NCBI GenBank assembly: GCA_035285905.1
Contig: JAYKJA010000008.1
Location: 30,728-94,727 of the forward strand
Length of the DNA: 64,000 nucleotides
Direction of reading: 5' to 3'
Source of the DNA: Synechococcaceae cyanobacterium
GTDB taxonomy: Bacteria; Cyanobacteriota; Cyanobacteriia; PCC-6307; Cyanobiaceae
The position numbers were made by a program, and so were the translations under genes. Within the stretch, counting starts at the first letter, position 1, and every line of letters begins with the position of its first letter. The notes under the pieces are model-generated. The model was given only the letters and a program-made list of their open reading frames with translations, was not told the DNA's origin and did no database searches. Of the stretch, positions 21,567 to 31,621 are shown piece by piece.

Positions 21567-22729
21567 GACCGGAAGGAGGGAAGCTCGGTCTCCAGCAGGT
21601 TGAGCAGCAGGTCGACGTTGGCTTCGGTGCTGTTGTAGCCCATCAGGCCGATGCGCCAGACCTTGCCGGCGAGGGCGCCGAGTCCGCCGCCCACCTCGAT
21701 GCCGTGGCTGTCGAGCAGATGGCGGCTGAAGGCCTTGCCATCCACCCCTTCGGGGATGCGGACCGTGGTGAGGGTGGGAAGGCGCAGGTGAGAGGGAACG
21801 TGCAGCTCCAGGCCGAGCCGTTCCAGACCCGCCCAGAGGCGTTCGGCGTTGCTGCGGTGGCGGGCCCAGGCCTGCTCGAGACCTTCCTCAGCCAGCAGGC
21901 GCAGGGCTTCGCGCATGCCGAAGTTCATGTTGACCGGTGCGGTGTGGTGGTAGACGCGATCGCTGCCCCAGTACTGGTTGAGCAGGGAGACGTCCAGGTA
22001 CCAGTTGGGCACCTTGCCGCGACGGGAGGAAAGCTTGGCTTCAGCCCGGGGGCCCATGGTGAAGGGGCCGAGGCCCGGAGGGCAGCTGAGGCCTTTCTGA
22101 CTGCAGCTGTAGGCCAGATCGACCTGCCAGGCATCGAGGTGCAGAGGAACACCGCCGAGGGAGGTGACCGTGTCGAGAAGCAGCAGACAGTCGTGACGGC
22201 GGCAGGCCTCGCCGATTCCCTCCATGGGCTGACAGACGCCCGTGGAGGTTTCGGCATGAACCATGGCCAGGATGGCCGGGCGGTGCTGGGCGAGGGCCTG
22301 TTCGATCTCGGCGAGATCGAAGGCCTCTCCCCAGGGGCGCTCAAGGGTGATCACCTCGGCGCCGTAGCGGGAGGCCATGTCGGCGAGGCGCAGGCCGAAG
22401 TAGCCCTTGATCGCCACAAGCACCTTGTCTCCAGGCTCGACGCAGTTGGCCAGCGTGGCCTCCATGGCGGCGCTGCCGGTGCCGCTCATGGGGAGAGTGA
22501 GCCGGTTGTCCGTCTGCCAGGCGTACCGCAGCAGCTCTTGCACCTCCCCCATCAACTCGATGTAGAGAGGATCAAGGTGTCCGATGGGATTGCGGGCCAG
22601 GGCCTGCAGCACCGTGGGGTGGGCGTTGGACGGACCGGGGCCGAGCAGCAACCGGTCCGGGGTGGCGATCGGGGCCAGGGCGAGCCGATGACGATCGGAC
22701 ACGGAGGGCTGGGTGGCGCTGGCGGTCAA
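21533..22729 (-). CDS. alanine/serine--glyoxylate aminotransferase (class V)
   Basis: LLLGPGPSN, GTGSAAME, HAETSTG, SCSQKGL, YHHTAP; start uncertain. Confidence 0.93.
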   Translation of the reverse strand: MTASATQPSVSDRHRLALAPIATPDRLLLGPGPSNAHPTVLQALARNPIGHLDPLYIELMGEVQELLRYAWQTDNRLTLPMSGTGSAAMEATLANCVEPGDKVLVAIKGYFGLRLADMASRYGAEVITLERPWGEAFDLAEIEQALAQHRPAILAMVHAETSTGVCQPMEGIGEACRRHDCLLLLDTVTSLGGVPLHLDAWQVDLAYSCSQKGLSCPPGLGPFTMGPRAEAKLSSRRGKVPNWYLDVSLLNQYWGSDRVYHHTAPVNMNFGMREALRLLAEEGLEQAWARHRSNAERLWAGLERLGLELHVPSHLRLPTLTTVRIPEGVDGKAFSRHLLDSHGIEVGGGLGALAGKVWRIGLMGYNSTEANVDLLLNLLETELPSFRSQARSMAATSA

Positions 22730-22777
22730 GTCCGGAAACGGCTGAAGGATTTTGAGATTAAGCAAACGGGGGGTGGC

Positions 22778-23305
22778 TCAGCGGGCCCGCACGTTGCTGG
22801 CCCCCAGGCCACGGCAGAGGTGATTGAAGGGTCCGCGAACCAGCTCAAGGTCGGCGCCGGATGCCAGATCAGCAGCCGAGAGCATCTCGACGACGACCTG
22901 ACCCAGCAGGGCGATGCCGCGCACGGTGGGACCGGTCGGCACCCCCAGACTCTTGTAGGTGTCGTCGAGGCCGTTGAGCACCCGCTCATCGAGGATCGTC
23001 AGATCGTCGGCGATCAGGGCGTAGCTGGCGTAACGCAGGAAGTAGTCGAGGTCGCGCAGGCAGGCTGCCAGGCGCCGTGTGGTGTAGGCATTCCCTCCGG
23101 GAAGCAGCAGCTCGGGGTTCTCCAGCCAGAGCCGCTGGGAGGCCTCGCGCACGATGCCTGCGGCCTCGCGGTTGATCAGCTCGACGGCGGCCAGGCGCAG
23201 GGCTGACTGGGCGTAATAGGTGTCGATCTGCTCGATGGCGTTGCGGTCGAGATAGCGACCAAGCTGGTCGTAGCGACCGATGAGACCGCTGATGGCATCG
23301 CGCAT
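22778..23305 (-). CDS. apcF: allophycocyanin beta-18 subunit
   Basis: [26 protein letters not shown]; divergent from glnA. Confidence 0.95.
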   Translation of the reverse strand: MRDAISGLIGRYDQLGRYLDRNAIEQIDTYYAQSALRLAAVELINREAAGIVREASQRLWLENPELLLPGGNAYTTRRLAACLRDLDYFLRYASYALIADDLTILDERVLNGLDDTYKSLGVPTGPTVRGIALLGQVVVEMLSAADLASGADLELVRGPFNHLCRGLGASNVRAR

Positions 23306-23529
23306 GGACGGGACGATTGGACGTACCTGGGCCGGAAGCTAGCACTTGCGAATCGGCCAGATCCTTGCAGGGAGCGCCCTTCTGGCGAATCTGACAGAAA
23401 CGGTTACGCGACCATCCCGCCGCTCCCGGTCGCGCCGCTTCACCCGCCGACGGCTGGACCGGGCAGCGGACGGCGCGAGGCCGGCGGACCCCGCCGTGCC
23501 GCCCGATCCGCCCGCGAAGCTGCCATTTG

Positions 23530-23572
23530 GTTGCAACGGCTACCTGGCACCAGTCGGTATCAAGGCGAACAT
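23530..23572 (+). promoter_or_regulatory. putative NtcA-activated glnA promoter
   Basis: GTT-N8-TAC (23530-23543), then GAACAT as a weak -10 23 nt later; second imperfect box GTA-N8-AAC at 23557-23570. Confidence 0.55.
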
Positions 23573-23623
23573 CACGCGCTGAGCCGGTCCCCGGCCGCTC
23601 CACCTTCACCGATCCTTTCCTCC

Positions 23624-25042
23624 ATGGCCAAGACCGCCCAGGACGTCCTGCGACAGATCAAGGACGAAGGCATCGAGCTGATCGACCTCAAGTTCGTCGA
23701 TCTGCACGGCAAGTGGCAGCACCTGACGGTCTGCAATGACCTGATCGACGCTGCGGCCTTCGAGGAAGGCGTGGCTTTCGACGGGTCGTCGATCCGTGGC
23801 TGGAAGGCCATCAATGAATCCGACATGGCCATGGTGCCGGACCCCACCACCGCCTGGATCGACCCCTTCTACAGCCACAAGACCCTCAGCCTGATCTGCT
23901 CCATCCAGGAGCCCCGCAGCGGCAAGCCCTACGGCCGCTGCCCCCGCTCCCTGGCCCAGAAGGCCCTCGACTATCTGTCTTCCACCGGGCTGGCGGACAC
24001 CGCCTACTTCGGTCCGGAGCCTGAATTCTTCATCTTCGACGACGTCCGCTACAAGAGCTCCAACGGCAGCAGCTTCTACAGCGTCGACTCGATCGAGGCC
24101 CCCTGGAACAACGACCGCATTGAGGAAGGCGGCAACCTGGCCTACAAGGTGCAGCTGAAGGAGGGTTATTTCCCTGTCGCTCCCAACGACACGCTGCAGG
24201 ACATCCGCAGCGAGATGCTGCTCACCATGGGCGCCCTGGGTGTGCCGATTGAAAAGCAGCACCATGAGGTGGCCACCGCCCAGCATGAGCTGGGCATCAA
24301 GTTCGCCGAACTGATCAGCGCGGCGGACAATGTGATGATCTACAAGTACGTGGTGCGCAACATCGCCCGTAAGTACGGCAAGACGGCCACCTTCATGCCC
24401 AAGCCTGTGTTCGCGGACAACGGCAGCGGCATGCATGTGCACCAGAGCCTCTGGAAAGGCGGCCAGCCCCTCTTCTTCGGCGAGGGTACCTACGCTAATC
24501 TGTCCCAGACCGCCCGCTGGTACATCGGCGGACTGCTCAAGCACGCCCCCAGCTTCCTGGCTTTCACCAACCCCACCACCAACAGCTACAAGCGTCTGGT
24601 GCCGGGCTTCGAGGCTCCGGTGAACCTGGTCTATTCCCAGGGCAACCGTTCGGCGGCTGTGCGCATCCCCCTCACCGGCCCGAATCCCAAGGCCAAGCGT
24701 CTGGAGTTCCGCTCCGGTGATGCCCTGGCCAACCCCTATGTGAGCTTCGCCGCGATGCTGATGGCCGGGATCGATGGCATCAAGAATCAGATCGACCCCG
24801 GCGACGGCACCGACGTCGACCTGTTCGAGCTGTCGGCCGAGGAGCTCTCGAAGATCTCCACCGTGCCCGCTTCGCTCAACGGAGCCCTCGAGGCCCTCGA
24901 TGCCGACAAGGACTACCTGCTGGCCGGAGGGGTGTTCACCGAGGACTTCATCAACAACTGGATCAGTCTCAAGTACGAGGAGGTGCAGCAGCTGCGCCAG
25001 CGGCCCCATCCCCACGAGTTCACGATGTACTACGACGCCTGA
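23624..25042 (+). CDS. glnA: glutamine synthetase type I
   Basis: [45 protein letters not shown]. Confidence 0.99.
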   Translation: MAKTAQDVLRQIKDEGIELIDLKFVDLHGKWQHLTVCNDLIDAAAFEEGVAFDGSSIRGWKAINESDMAMVPDPTTAWIDPFYSHKTLSLICSIQEPRSGKPYGRCPRSLAQKALDYLSSTGLADTAYFGPEPEFFIFDDVRYKSSNGSSFYSVDSIEAPWNNDRIEEGGNLAYKVQLKEGYFPVAPNDTLQDIRSEMLLTMGALGVPIEKQHHEVATAQHELGIKFAELISAADNVMIYKYVVRNIARKYGKTATFMPKPVFADNGSGMHVHQSLWKGGQPLFFGEGTYANLSQTARWYIGGLLKHAPSFLAFTNPTTNSYKRLVPGFEAPVNLVYSQGNRSAAVRIPLTGPNPKAKRLEFRSGDALANPYVSFAAMLMAGIDGIKNQIDPGDGTDVDLFELSAEELSKISTVPASLNGALEALDADKDYLLAGGVFTEDFINNWISLKYEEVQQLRQRPHPHEFTMYYDA

Positions 25043-25053
25043 TCAGCCGGCCG

Positions 25054-25091
25054 CGGCTTCGCCGGTCCTGCCCTGCGGGGCTGGCGGAGCC
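25054..25091 (+). other. long stem-loop directly after the glnA stop
   Basis: ggcttcgccggtcctgc-cct-gcggggctggcggagcc, about 17 bp with G-U pairs; no U-tract. Confidence 0.6.
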
Positions 25092-25258
25092 CTCATCGTC
25101 TGATCCAGCCCCTGCGCCTGGAACATCGATCAGCTCTGAGCGACGTCCCTGTCCCCGCCATGGGCGTGGGCTTCTTCCCGGCCGATCGTCCACCACCGCG
25201 ATGGCGCCGCTCCCTGGGCGGGTTGGGCGCTGCAACCGGACCCCTCGCACACGCCTTT

Positions 25259-25300
25259 GCCCCCCAGGTTTCTCGTATCGGTGCCTGGGGGGCTTTTCTT
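25259..25300 (+). terminator. rho-independent terminator
   Basis: gccccccagg...cctggggggc stem followed by ttttctt. Confidence 0.75.
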
Positions 25301-25395
25301 CCTCTGGATGGGCGCTGCCGCGGATCAAGGAGAGCGCTCGTGCTGGTCCTGCTGCTCAGGCGAAGTCAGGGGGTTGGCGGAACGAGGCTTCCGCG

Positions 25396-25632
25396 TCAGC
25401 CGCGGTGGGGCTTCATCTGAGCGATGGCGCTGTCATGCAGATGGCGCTCATGGTCATGGCGACGGGCCCAGGCCTGCTGCTGACCGATCGCATCCCGTTC
25501 GGCGGCGTGATCGGGATGGGTGGTGATCTGGGCCAGCTCAGCCTCGTGGCGGCGGTTGGCCCGCTGGTGCTCTTCAGCCCAGGCGACGAATTCGGGTGCA
25601 GCAGCCGATTCGGGAGTGGTCTGGCTGGACAT
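25396..25632 (-). CDS. small His-rich tandem-repeat protein, candidate GS inactivating factor analogue
   Basis: 78 aa from ATG 25632 (alternative ATG 25659); two 20-aa repeats; hairpin gcggaa/ttccgc right after the stop. Confidence 0.7.
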   Translation of the reverse strand: MSSQTTPESAAAPEFVAWAEEHQRANRRHEAELAQITTHPDHAAERDAIGQQQAWARRHDHERHLHDSAIAQMKPHRG

Positions 25633-25636
25633 TTTG

Positions 25637-25663
25637 GTATCCGTTGTAACTGAATCCATTGTT
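25637..25663 (-). promoter_or_regulatory. NtcA-like box at the predicted start site of the small ORF (repressor position)
   Basis: Minus strand AACAAT -10 (25658-25663), then GTTACAACGGATAC (25637-25650), 4 nt before the ATG. Confidence 0.6.
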
Positions 25664-25793
25664 GGTGGGCCCCGTCCCCCCGGGTGGCCCGCTTCATAGG
25701 TCTTCAGACTCAGCGCAGCGCCTCCGGCTGCCAGCCGGTCCTGGGCGGATGTGATGGCAGGCACCAGGGCCTGCTCAGCCGCCACCGCTCCGC

Positions 25794-26093
25794 TCAGCGC
25801 GGGCCGGAGGCCAGCCATTGCAGCCCGCAGGCGAGCAGAAGCCCGGCCCCTCCCCAGCGCAGCACCTGCCAGAACCGCTCCGGCCCGTGATCCGGCCCCT
25901 GCAGTGCCCGCGGCAGCGGGTCGAGCAACCGTTGCGCCAGCAGCAGCCGCTGGCGCCGCCTCCGCTCGCGGGTCTGCTCCGAGGCGCTGGCCGGGTGGGG
26001 CACCTCCCGCGATCCGCAGAGGGTCAGCAGGGCGTCGATGTGGTGAAGCAGTCGGGGCGGCCGTCCGCCCGGACGTCGTGGAGCACGGGTCAT
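25794..26093 (-). CDS. hypothetical protein with C-terminal TM
   Basis: 99-aa ORF ending FWQVLRWGGAGLLLACGLQWL. Confidence 0.55.
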   Translation of the reverse strand: MTRAPRRPGGRPPRLLHHIDALLTLCGSREVPHPASASEQTRERRRRQRLLLAQRLLDPLPRALQGPDHGPERFWQVLRWGGAGLLLACGLQWLASGPR

Positions 26094-26117
26094 CCGGTCA
26101 GGATGGGCCCTGCCCCC

Positions 26118-26462
26118 ATGCCGCGTCCAGCCGTGCCGATCCCGTCCTCAGCCCGTCCGGACTCCGCGGACGCCCCTGGCCGGGCCCGTCAGGCGTGGCC
26201 GGAGGCCTCCCTGCCCCTGGCGGAGCAGCTGCTCGAGCAGCTGCGCATCAACGACCGGGACTGGCATGCCCTCAAGGCCCAGCGCTCGCGCCGTGCCGCC
26301 GAGCAGCTGGCGGCGGCCCTTGTGCAGCTGCTGAAGCGCGACCAGCCCGGAGGCGCCGGAGATCCGGCCGCCAGGCTGGCGGCGGCGGAGCTGGCGGACC
26401 ATGCCGTGCGCTGGCTGAGGCAGGAGATCAGCGATCCGGGCTGCCCGAGCCACGGCCGCTGA
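26118..26462 (+). CDS. DUF6439-like cyanobacterial protein
   Basis: LRINDRDWHALK..RRAAEQLAAAL..WL...DPGCPSHG. Confidence 0.8.
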   Translation: MPRPAVPIPSSARPDSADAPGRARQAWPEASLPLAEQLLEQLRINDRDWHALKAQRSRRAAEQLAAALVQLLKRDQPGGAGDPAARLAAAELADHAVRWLRQEISDPGCPSHGR

Positions 26463-26850
26463 AGCGATCCCGACGGACAGCCAGCTGCAGACGATTGCCG
26501 CGGGCACTCCAACGCACGTCGTCGAAGCAGTGGTGGATCAGGAACAGCCCCCGTCCACCGATCGCATCGCAGTGCTTGGGCAGCAAGCGGGAACGCTGTT
26601 GCTGATTGATGCCATCGCCCTCGTCCTGGACCTGCCAGATCAGCCAGCGGGGTGTCACGATGCGCCGCACCCTCAGACACTTTCCCGGATCACAGCCATT
26701 GCCATGGCGCACGGCGTTGACCAGGGCTTCCTGCAGACCCAGCTGAAGATCCGGCGGTGGGGGGCCGGCACCGAGGGGCTCCAGCAGCAGCTCCACCAGC
26801 GGCGCCAGTTGCAGTGTGGAAGGGGTGATGAAATCAGCCCAGCGCAGCAT
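26428..26850 (-). CDS. RsbW-like anti-sigma factor / HATPase_c protein
   Basis: LQEALVNAVRHGN, QDEGDG, GRGLFLI. Confidence 0.87.
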   Translation of the reverse strand: MLRWADFITPSTLQLAPLVELLLEPLGAGPPPPDLQLGLQEALVNAVRHGNGCDPGKCLRVRRIVTPRWLIWQVQDEGDGINQQQRSRLLPKHCDAIGGRGLFLIHHCFDDVRWSARGNRLQLAVRRDRFSGRGSGSPDR

Positions 26851-26894
26851 CCTCAGCATGCTCCAGGCCGGAGACCGAACGCCTGAGTCCAACC

Positions 26895-27632
26895 CTAGAC
26901 GGCGGCGCTGGCCTCGATCCGCCGCGCCAGGGAGGGATGGCGCAACAGAGCATCCATCAGACGCACTCCTCGCAGCTGGTTGATCAGGGGCATGTGACCC
27001 TCCGGCGCATCGATCGACCAGTGGAAGGACCCCGGATAGCGGGTCCAGACCCCCTCCTGCTTCCAGCCGAGACGGGGCCACAGACGCTCCCACTGGCCTC
27101 CGACGGCAGCCAGCAGCCGTCCCTGCACGGAGAAGCCGAAACGGCCACGGGAGAACGCCAGCCAGAGGCGATCCAGACTGTCCAGATCGACGCCGGACAT
27201 GGCGGCGACTTCGCTGTAATACACGTAGCCGCGCCGGACGGCTTCCGGGCCGGCGAGTTCGCGCAGATGCTCGGAGGTGAGCCGGTCAGCCTGCTCGAAC
27301 TCCTGCAGCAGCAGATGGCGCTGCAGCGGGCCGTAATCCAGTCCGGCGGCGCTGGTGACCGCCAGCCAGCCGGACGGGAAGCGGGAGAGCAGCGCCTGGC
27401 GGGCTTCCTCGGGCTCCGCTTCGACGAGCAGCTGCACCAGACACCCCCCCGCCCAGTCGTCGACCGTGGCATCGATGGCATCGATCCCGTCACGGATCAG
27501 GGGGAGCAGTTCCTCGCGGCGCTGCAGCAACTGACGGAGCAGCGGCGGGCGCTGGCGGGCAGGGGCTGCCAGGAATCGCTCCAGCAGTTGCTCGGGACGA
27601 ACGGTGCGGGCGACCGGAGGACCGGAGAGCAT
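26895..27632 (-). CDS. gun4: GUN4 (Ycf53) Mg-chelatase cofactor
   Basis: [13 protein letters not shown]...[18 protein letters not shown]. Confidence 0.93.
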   Translation of the reverse strand: MLSGPPVARTVRPEQLLERFLAAPARQRPPLLRQLLQRREELLPLIRDGIDAIDATVDDWAGGCLVQLLVEAEPEEARQALLSRFPSGWLAVTSAAGLDYGPLQRHLLLQEFEQADRLTSEHLRELAGPEAVRRGYVYYSEVAAMSGVDLDSLDRLWLAFSRGRFGFSVQGRLLAAVGGQWERLWPRLGWKQEGVWTRYPGSFHWSIDAPEGHMPLINQLRGVRLMDALLRHPSLARRIEASAAV

Positions 27633-27732
27633 GACGGAGGTTGAAAGGCTGAGGCCTGGGCTGCGCCACTATCGCAGCATGCACGGGCGGCTCCGAGCGT
27701 CGATCCGTAGGATTGCCGTTTCGTCGTTCGCC

Positions 27733-28116
27733 ATGGCGGCCGCCATCCAGTTCTTCCGGGGAGTCGACGAGCCTGTCGTCCCTGACATCCGGCTGACCCG
27801 GTCCCGGGACGGACGCACCGGTCAGGCCCTGTTCGTGTTCGAGGAGCCGGTCGCCCTCGCACCGGAAACCCTCGGCGACATCACCGGCATGTATCTGCTG
27901 GATGACGAAGGGGAGCTGGTCACCCGTGAGGTGAAGGCGCGCTTCGTCAACGGCAAGCCCTTTGCCCTGGAAGCCACCTACACCTGGAAATCCCAGGCGG
28001 ATTTCGAGCGCTTCATGCGTTTCGCCCAGAGCTACGCCGAAAGCCACGACCTCGGCTTCTCCGGCCAGGGCGACGGCGGCCAGGCCGAGGACGGTGAGGA
28101 GAGCGGTCCGGCTTGA
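27733..28116 (+). CDS. psb28: photosystem II assembly protein Psb28
   Basis: [39 protein letters not shown]. Confidence 0.97.
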   Translation: MAAAIQFFRGVDEPVVPDIRLTRSRDGRTGQALFVFEEPVALAPETLGDITGMYLLDDEGELVTREVKARFVNGKPFALEATYTWKSQADFERFMRFAQSYAESHDLGFSGQGDGGQAEDGEESGPA

Positions 28117-29183
28117 GCTTCGGTCGCTGGCTGGGACTGATCGCCCTCGTGGCCTCGCTGCTCCTGCTCTGGAGCCTGCGGGAAGCGGTGGTGCTGATCT
28201 TTGCGGCGATCATCCTGGCCATGGCCGTCTGCACCCTGGTGGGGGCGGTCCGACAGCGGCTGCAGTGCGGCCGACCGCTTGCCCTGGCGCTCACCCTGAT
28301 CTCGATCCTGCTGTTGGTGGCCATCGTGGCCACCGCGATGATCCCCCCCTTCGCTGCCCAGTTCACCCAGTTGCTGGCCAAGCTGCCGGCCGCAGCCCAT
28401 GCCCTGGTGAACCTGCTCCAGCAGGGACTGGAAAGCGGCTCACGGATGATCTACGGCAGCAGCGACGGCGGAATCGCCTGGTTGCGCCAGACTCTCGGCC
28501 GCCCCGGTGACGGCACCACGGCGCTGGCCACCGGCCTTGGAGGTGCCCTGCGGCTCGTCGACCTGGCGGGCAACGTGGGCACGGTGCTGGTCCAGACCCT
28601 GTTCGTGCTGGCCGTGGCCCTGATGATCACCGCCCAGCCCGAGGCCTACCGGGAGGCAGTGCTGCTGCTCACCCCTTCCTTTTACCGGCGCCGCTTCCGT
28701 CAGGTGCTGCTCGCCTGCGGTGAAGCCCTCAGCGCCTGGATGGTGGGGGTGCTGATCAGCTCCCTCTGCGTCGGCATCCTGGCCGCCATCGGCCTCTCGC
28801 TGCTGGGGGTGAAGCTGGTGGCCGCCAACGCCATGCTGGCTGGGCTGCTGAATGTGATCCCGAACATCGGTCCCACCCTCAGCACGCTCTTTCCGATGTC
28901 GGTGGCGCTGCTGGATGCGCCCTGGAAAGCCCTCGCCGTCCTGGTTCTCTATATCGTCATTCAGAATCTGGAGAGTTATCTGATCACCCCCTCGGTCATG
29001 CACCACCAGCTGCGGCTGCTGCCGGGCCTCACGCTCACGGCCCAGCTGCTGTTCACGGTGCTGTTCGGACCCCTCGGGCTGTTGCTCGCCCTGCCGTTGG
29101 CGGTCTGTCTTCAGGTGCTGCTGCGGGAGGTCGTCATCCACGACATCCTCGATGGCTGGAAACCGCGGCGGTTCAGCCCATGA
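28113..29183 (+). CDS. AI-2E family transporter
   Basis: Multi-[28 protein letters not shown]. Confidence 0.9.
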   Translation: MSFGRWLGLIALVASLLLLWSLREAVVLIFAAIILAMAVCTLVGAVRQRLQCGRPLALALTLISILLLVAIVATAMIPPFAAQFTQLLAKLPAAAHALVNLLQQGLESGSRMIYGSSDGGIAWLRQTLGRPGDGTTALATGLGGALRLVDLAGNVGTVLVQTLFVLAVALMITAQPEAYREAVLLLTPSFYRRRFRQVLLACGEALSAWMVGVLISSLCVGILAAIGLSLLGVKLVAANAMLAGLLNVIPNIGPTLSTLFPMSVALLDAPWKALAVLVLYIVIQNLESYLITPSVMHHQLRLLPGLTLTAQLLFTVLFGPLGLLLALPLAVCLQVLLREVVIHDILDGWKPRRFSP

Positions 29184-30205
29184 ATGCCCGCACCCTGCTG
29201 GGGGCCCTGGCGCTGATCGTCGCCTCCCTGCTCGTCTGGGAGCTGCGCTGGGTGCTGCTGGTGCTGTTCGGCGCCGTCGTGCTGGCAGTTGCCCTTGACG
29301 TGCCCATCAGCCTGGTGCGCCGCCTGCTGCCGCTCAACAGGCCCGCGGCCCTGGCCCTGGTGGTGGGCGTGATCCTTGTGCTGGGCTCCTGGCTCACCCA
29401 GCAGCTGCTGCCCGAGGTGATCGAGCAGATGCAGCAGCTGATCGCCCTGATCCCGGCCCTGAGCCGACGGCTCGCCGAGCTGGCGCGGAACCTTCCCGGC
29501 CTGGCTCAGATGGAGAAACAGCTGATCAACGGGGATCTGCTCGGGAGGCTGCAACCGGTGGGGGCCCAGGTGCTCGGCGTGGCCGGCGGGGCCGCGAACA
29601 TCACGGTGCAGCTGCTGCTGATGGCCCTGCTCGCCATCCTGCTGGCCCTCGACCCCCGCAGCCACCAACGCCTGCTCATCGCCGCCACCCCCAGCTTCTA
29701 CCGGCCACGCATGCGCCTGCTGCTCAGCGCCTGCCGTGAAGCACTCGGGGGCTGGCTGGCGGGCATGACCCTCTCGGCGGTGGTGGTGTTTCTGACCACC
29801 TGGCTCGGCCTGCGCCTGCTGGGAATTCCCCTGGCCCTGCTGAGTGCGCTGGTCTGCGGCCTGCTCACCTTCGTGCCCACCATCGGTCCCACGGCCGCCA
29901 CCCTGCTGCCGATGGCGGTGGCCCTGATGGTCTCCCCCACCAAACTGGTGCAGGTGCTTGTGCTGCGGCTGTTCCTGCAGAACGCTGAGGCCTTCATCGT
30001 CACCCCGCTGCTGCTCAGCCGCACGGTCAATCTGCTGCCCACGGTCTCGCTGATGGCCCAGCTGTGTCTCGGGGCCCTGCTTGGTCTGCCCGGCATCCTG
30101 CTGGCCCTTCCTCTGGTGGTGGTGCTGCAGGTGGTGGGCGAGGAGGTGCTTGTGCACGACATCATGGATCGCTGGGACAACAATCCCGCTGCCTCCGATC
30201 CGTAG
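29180..30205 (+). CDS. AI-2E family transporter (paralogue)
   Basis: ATGA overlap; FVPTIGP, QNAEAFIVTP. Confidence 0.9.
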   Translation: MNARTLLGALALIVASLLVWELRWVLLVLFGAVVLAVALDVPISLVRRLLPLNRPAALALVVGVILVLGSWLTQQLLPEVIEQMQQLIALIPALSRRLAELARNLPGLAQMEKQLINGDLLGRLQPVGAQVLGVAGGAANITVQLLLMALLAILLALDPRSHQRLLIAATPSFYRPRMRLLLSACREALGGWLAGMTLSAVVVFLTTWLGLRLLGIPLALLSALVCGLLTFVPTIGPTAATLLPMAVALMVSPTKLVQVLVLRLFLQNAEAFIVTPLLLSRTVNLLPTVSLMAQLCLGALLGLPGILLALPLVVVLQVVGEEVLVHDIMDRWDNNPAASDP

Positions 30206-30392
30206 GTCCTCAACCTCCGGCGCCAGCCGTCGCGTTCTCCCCGGTTTCCCGGCTTGCCACCCAGCGGCAGTCCGCCTGCCCGCTGAGCTCGGGACACTTG
30301 CCGGTGCTGCCTTGTGCGGTCGTCTCGAGAGGATTGTCCCTTTCTGCTGTTGGGCAGTGCCGCTTTCGGCAGAAGGATCAATCAGGCCTGAC

Positions 30393-30650
30393 TCAGCGAC
30401 GGAGGGTGTAGCGACGCCAGAGGGATCTCTGCAGCACGAGGATCACCACGGCCAGGGGGTGTGAGGTGATCGCCTGGACCAGACTGGTGAACGTGAAATG
30501 GTCGATCAGCAGCAGGATCTCCACCCGCAGATCGAGCAGGCTCAGCAGCAGCAGCAGCAGAGGAATCCAGGGTTTTGCCGCGGGCAGTGCCCCGCGAACC
30601 TGGGTCGCTGGAGCCGAGGCGACACTCCCTGAAGATCGGGAGACCGTCAT
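30393..30650 (-). CDS. hypothetical membrane protein
   Basis: ATGA overlap with secF; hydrophobic, LDLRVEILLLIDHFTFTSL..HPLAV. Confidence 0.7.
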   Translation of the reverse strand: MTVSRSSGSVASAPATQVRGALPAAKPWIPLLLLLLSLLDLRVEILLLIDHFTFTSLVQAITSHPLAVVILVLQRSLWRRYTLRR

Positions 30651-31603
30651 CGTTTCGACAGCACCGGAAGCAGGGTCGGCGCCAGGCCGATGCTCGACCA
30701 GCTGCCCACCAGAATGCCGATGGTGAGGGCCACGGCGAACCAGAAGAGGCTGCTGCCTCCGAACAGGATCAGGGCGATCAGCGGCAGCACTGTGGTGAAG
30801 GAGGTGTAGAGGGAGCGCGTCAGGGTGGCATTCACCGCCACGTCCACCTGGTCGCTCAGGGGCAGGGAGGCGAGGGTGCGCCGCTGCTCACGGATGCGGT
30901 CATAGACCACCACCGTGTCGGTGACCGAGTAGCCGGCGACGGTGATCAGCGACACGGCGAACAGAGAATCCACCTCAATGCCCAGCGTCAACCCCAGCCA
31001 GGCGAACACCCCGCAGGTGATCAGCACATCGTGGGCCAGGCAGACCAGGGCCAGCACCGCGAAGATGCCGCTGTAGGTGAAGGTGATGTAGGCGGCGATC
31101 GCCAGGAAGCTCACCAGCAGCGACACCAGACTGCCTCGCAGCAACTGACTGCCCAGGGTGGGCCCGATGGTGTTGACGGAACTGCCGGCCTCCTGCAGTG
31201 GGCCGAAGGCTGCCCCCAGACCCTTGATCACCGCCGTGCCCTGATCCGCGTCGAGGGTGGGCAGGCGCAGCACGATCGAACTGCCGCGGTCGAGCACCTG
31301 CACCGCCGCCGACTCCAGGTTCGGAGCCTGCTGGCCCGCCTCGACCGGCAGGTTCAGCCGGGTGAGGGCCTCGCGTACCTCGCCGGCGCTCAGGGCGCTG
31401 CAGGGGCCTGCACAGCTGCGCTCGACCTGGATCTGGGTGCCGCCGGTGAAGTCGAGTCCCAGTTTGAGCGGAGCACCGATGCTGGGATTGATCCAGCAGA
31501 GCAGCAGTCCCAGCAGGCTGAGCAGGGTGGCCACCGCGGAACCGGTCCAGGCCAGTCGGCGATAACGGTTGATGCGGAAGCGCGGATTGGGAGCGGTGGT
31601 CAC
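30647..31603 (-). CDS. secF: protein translocase subunit SecF
   Basis: LGLDFTGGT, IGPTLG, HDV, GYSVTDTVVVYDRIRE. Confidence 0.97.
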   Translation of the reverse strand: MTTAPNPRFRINRYRRLAWTGSAVATLLSLLGLLLCWINPSIGAPLKLGLDFTGGTQIQVERSCAGPCSALSAGEVREALTRLNLPVEAGQQAPNLESAAVQVLDRGSSIVLRLPTLDADQGTAVIKGLGAAFGPLQEAGSSVNTIGPTLGSQLLRGSLVSLLVSFLAIAAYITFTYSGIFAVLALVCLAHDVLITCGVFAWLGLTLGIEVDSLFAVSLITVAGYSVTDTVVVYDRIREQRRTLASLPLSDQVDVAVNATLTRSLYTSFTTVLPLIALILFGGSSLFWFAVALTIGILVGSWSSIGLAPTLLPVLSKR

Positions 31604-31621
31604 GACGGGTGGGGATAGCGC

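Noticed and set aside
23306-23623. Glutamine riboswitch near glnA
   Set aside because: I could not identify the glnA-motif or downstream-peptide consensus here or before the small ORF; needs an Infernal scan
25020-25328. 102-aa minus-strand ORF after glnA
   Set aside because: TTG start, R/G/P-rich random composition, crosses terminator hairpins and overlaps glnA
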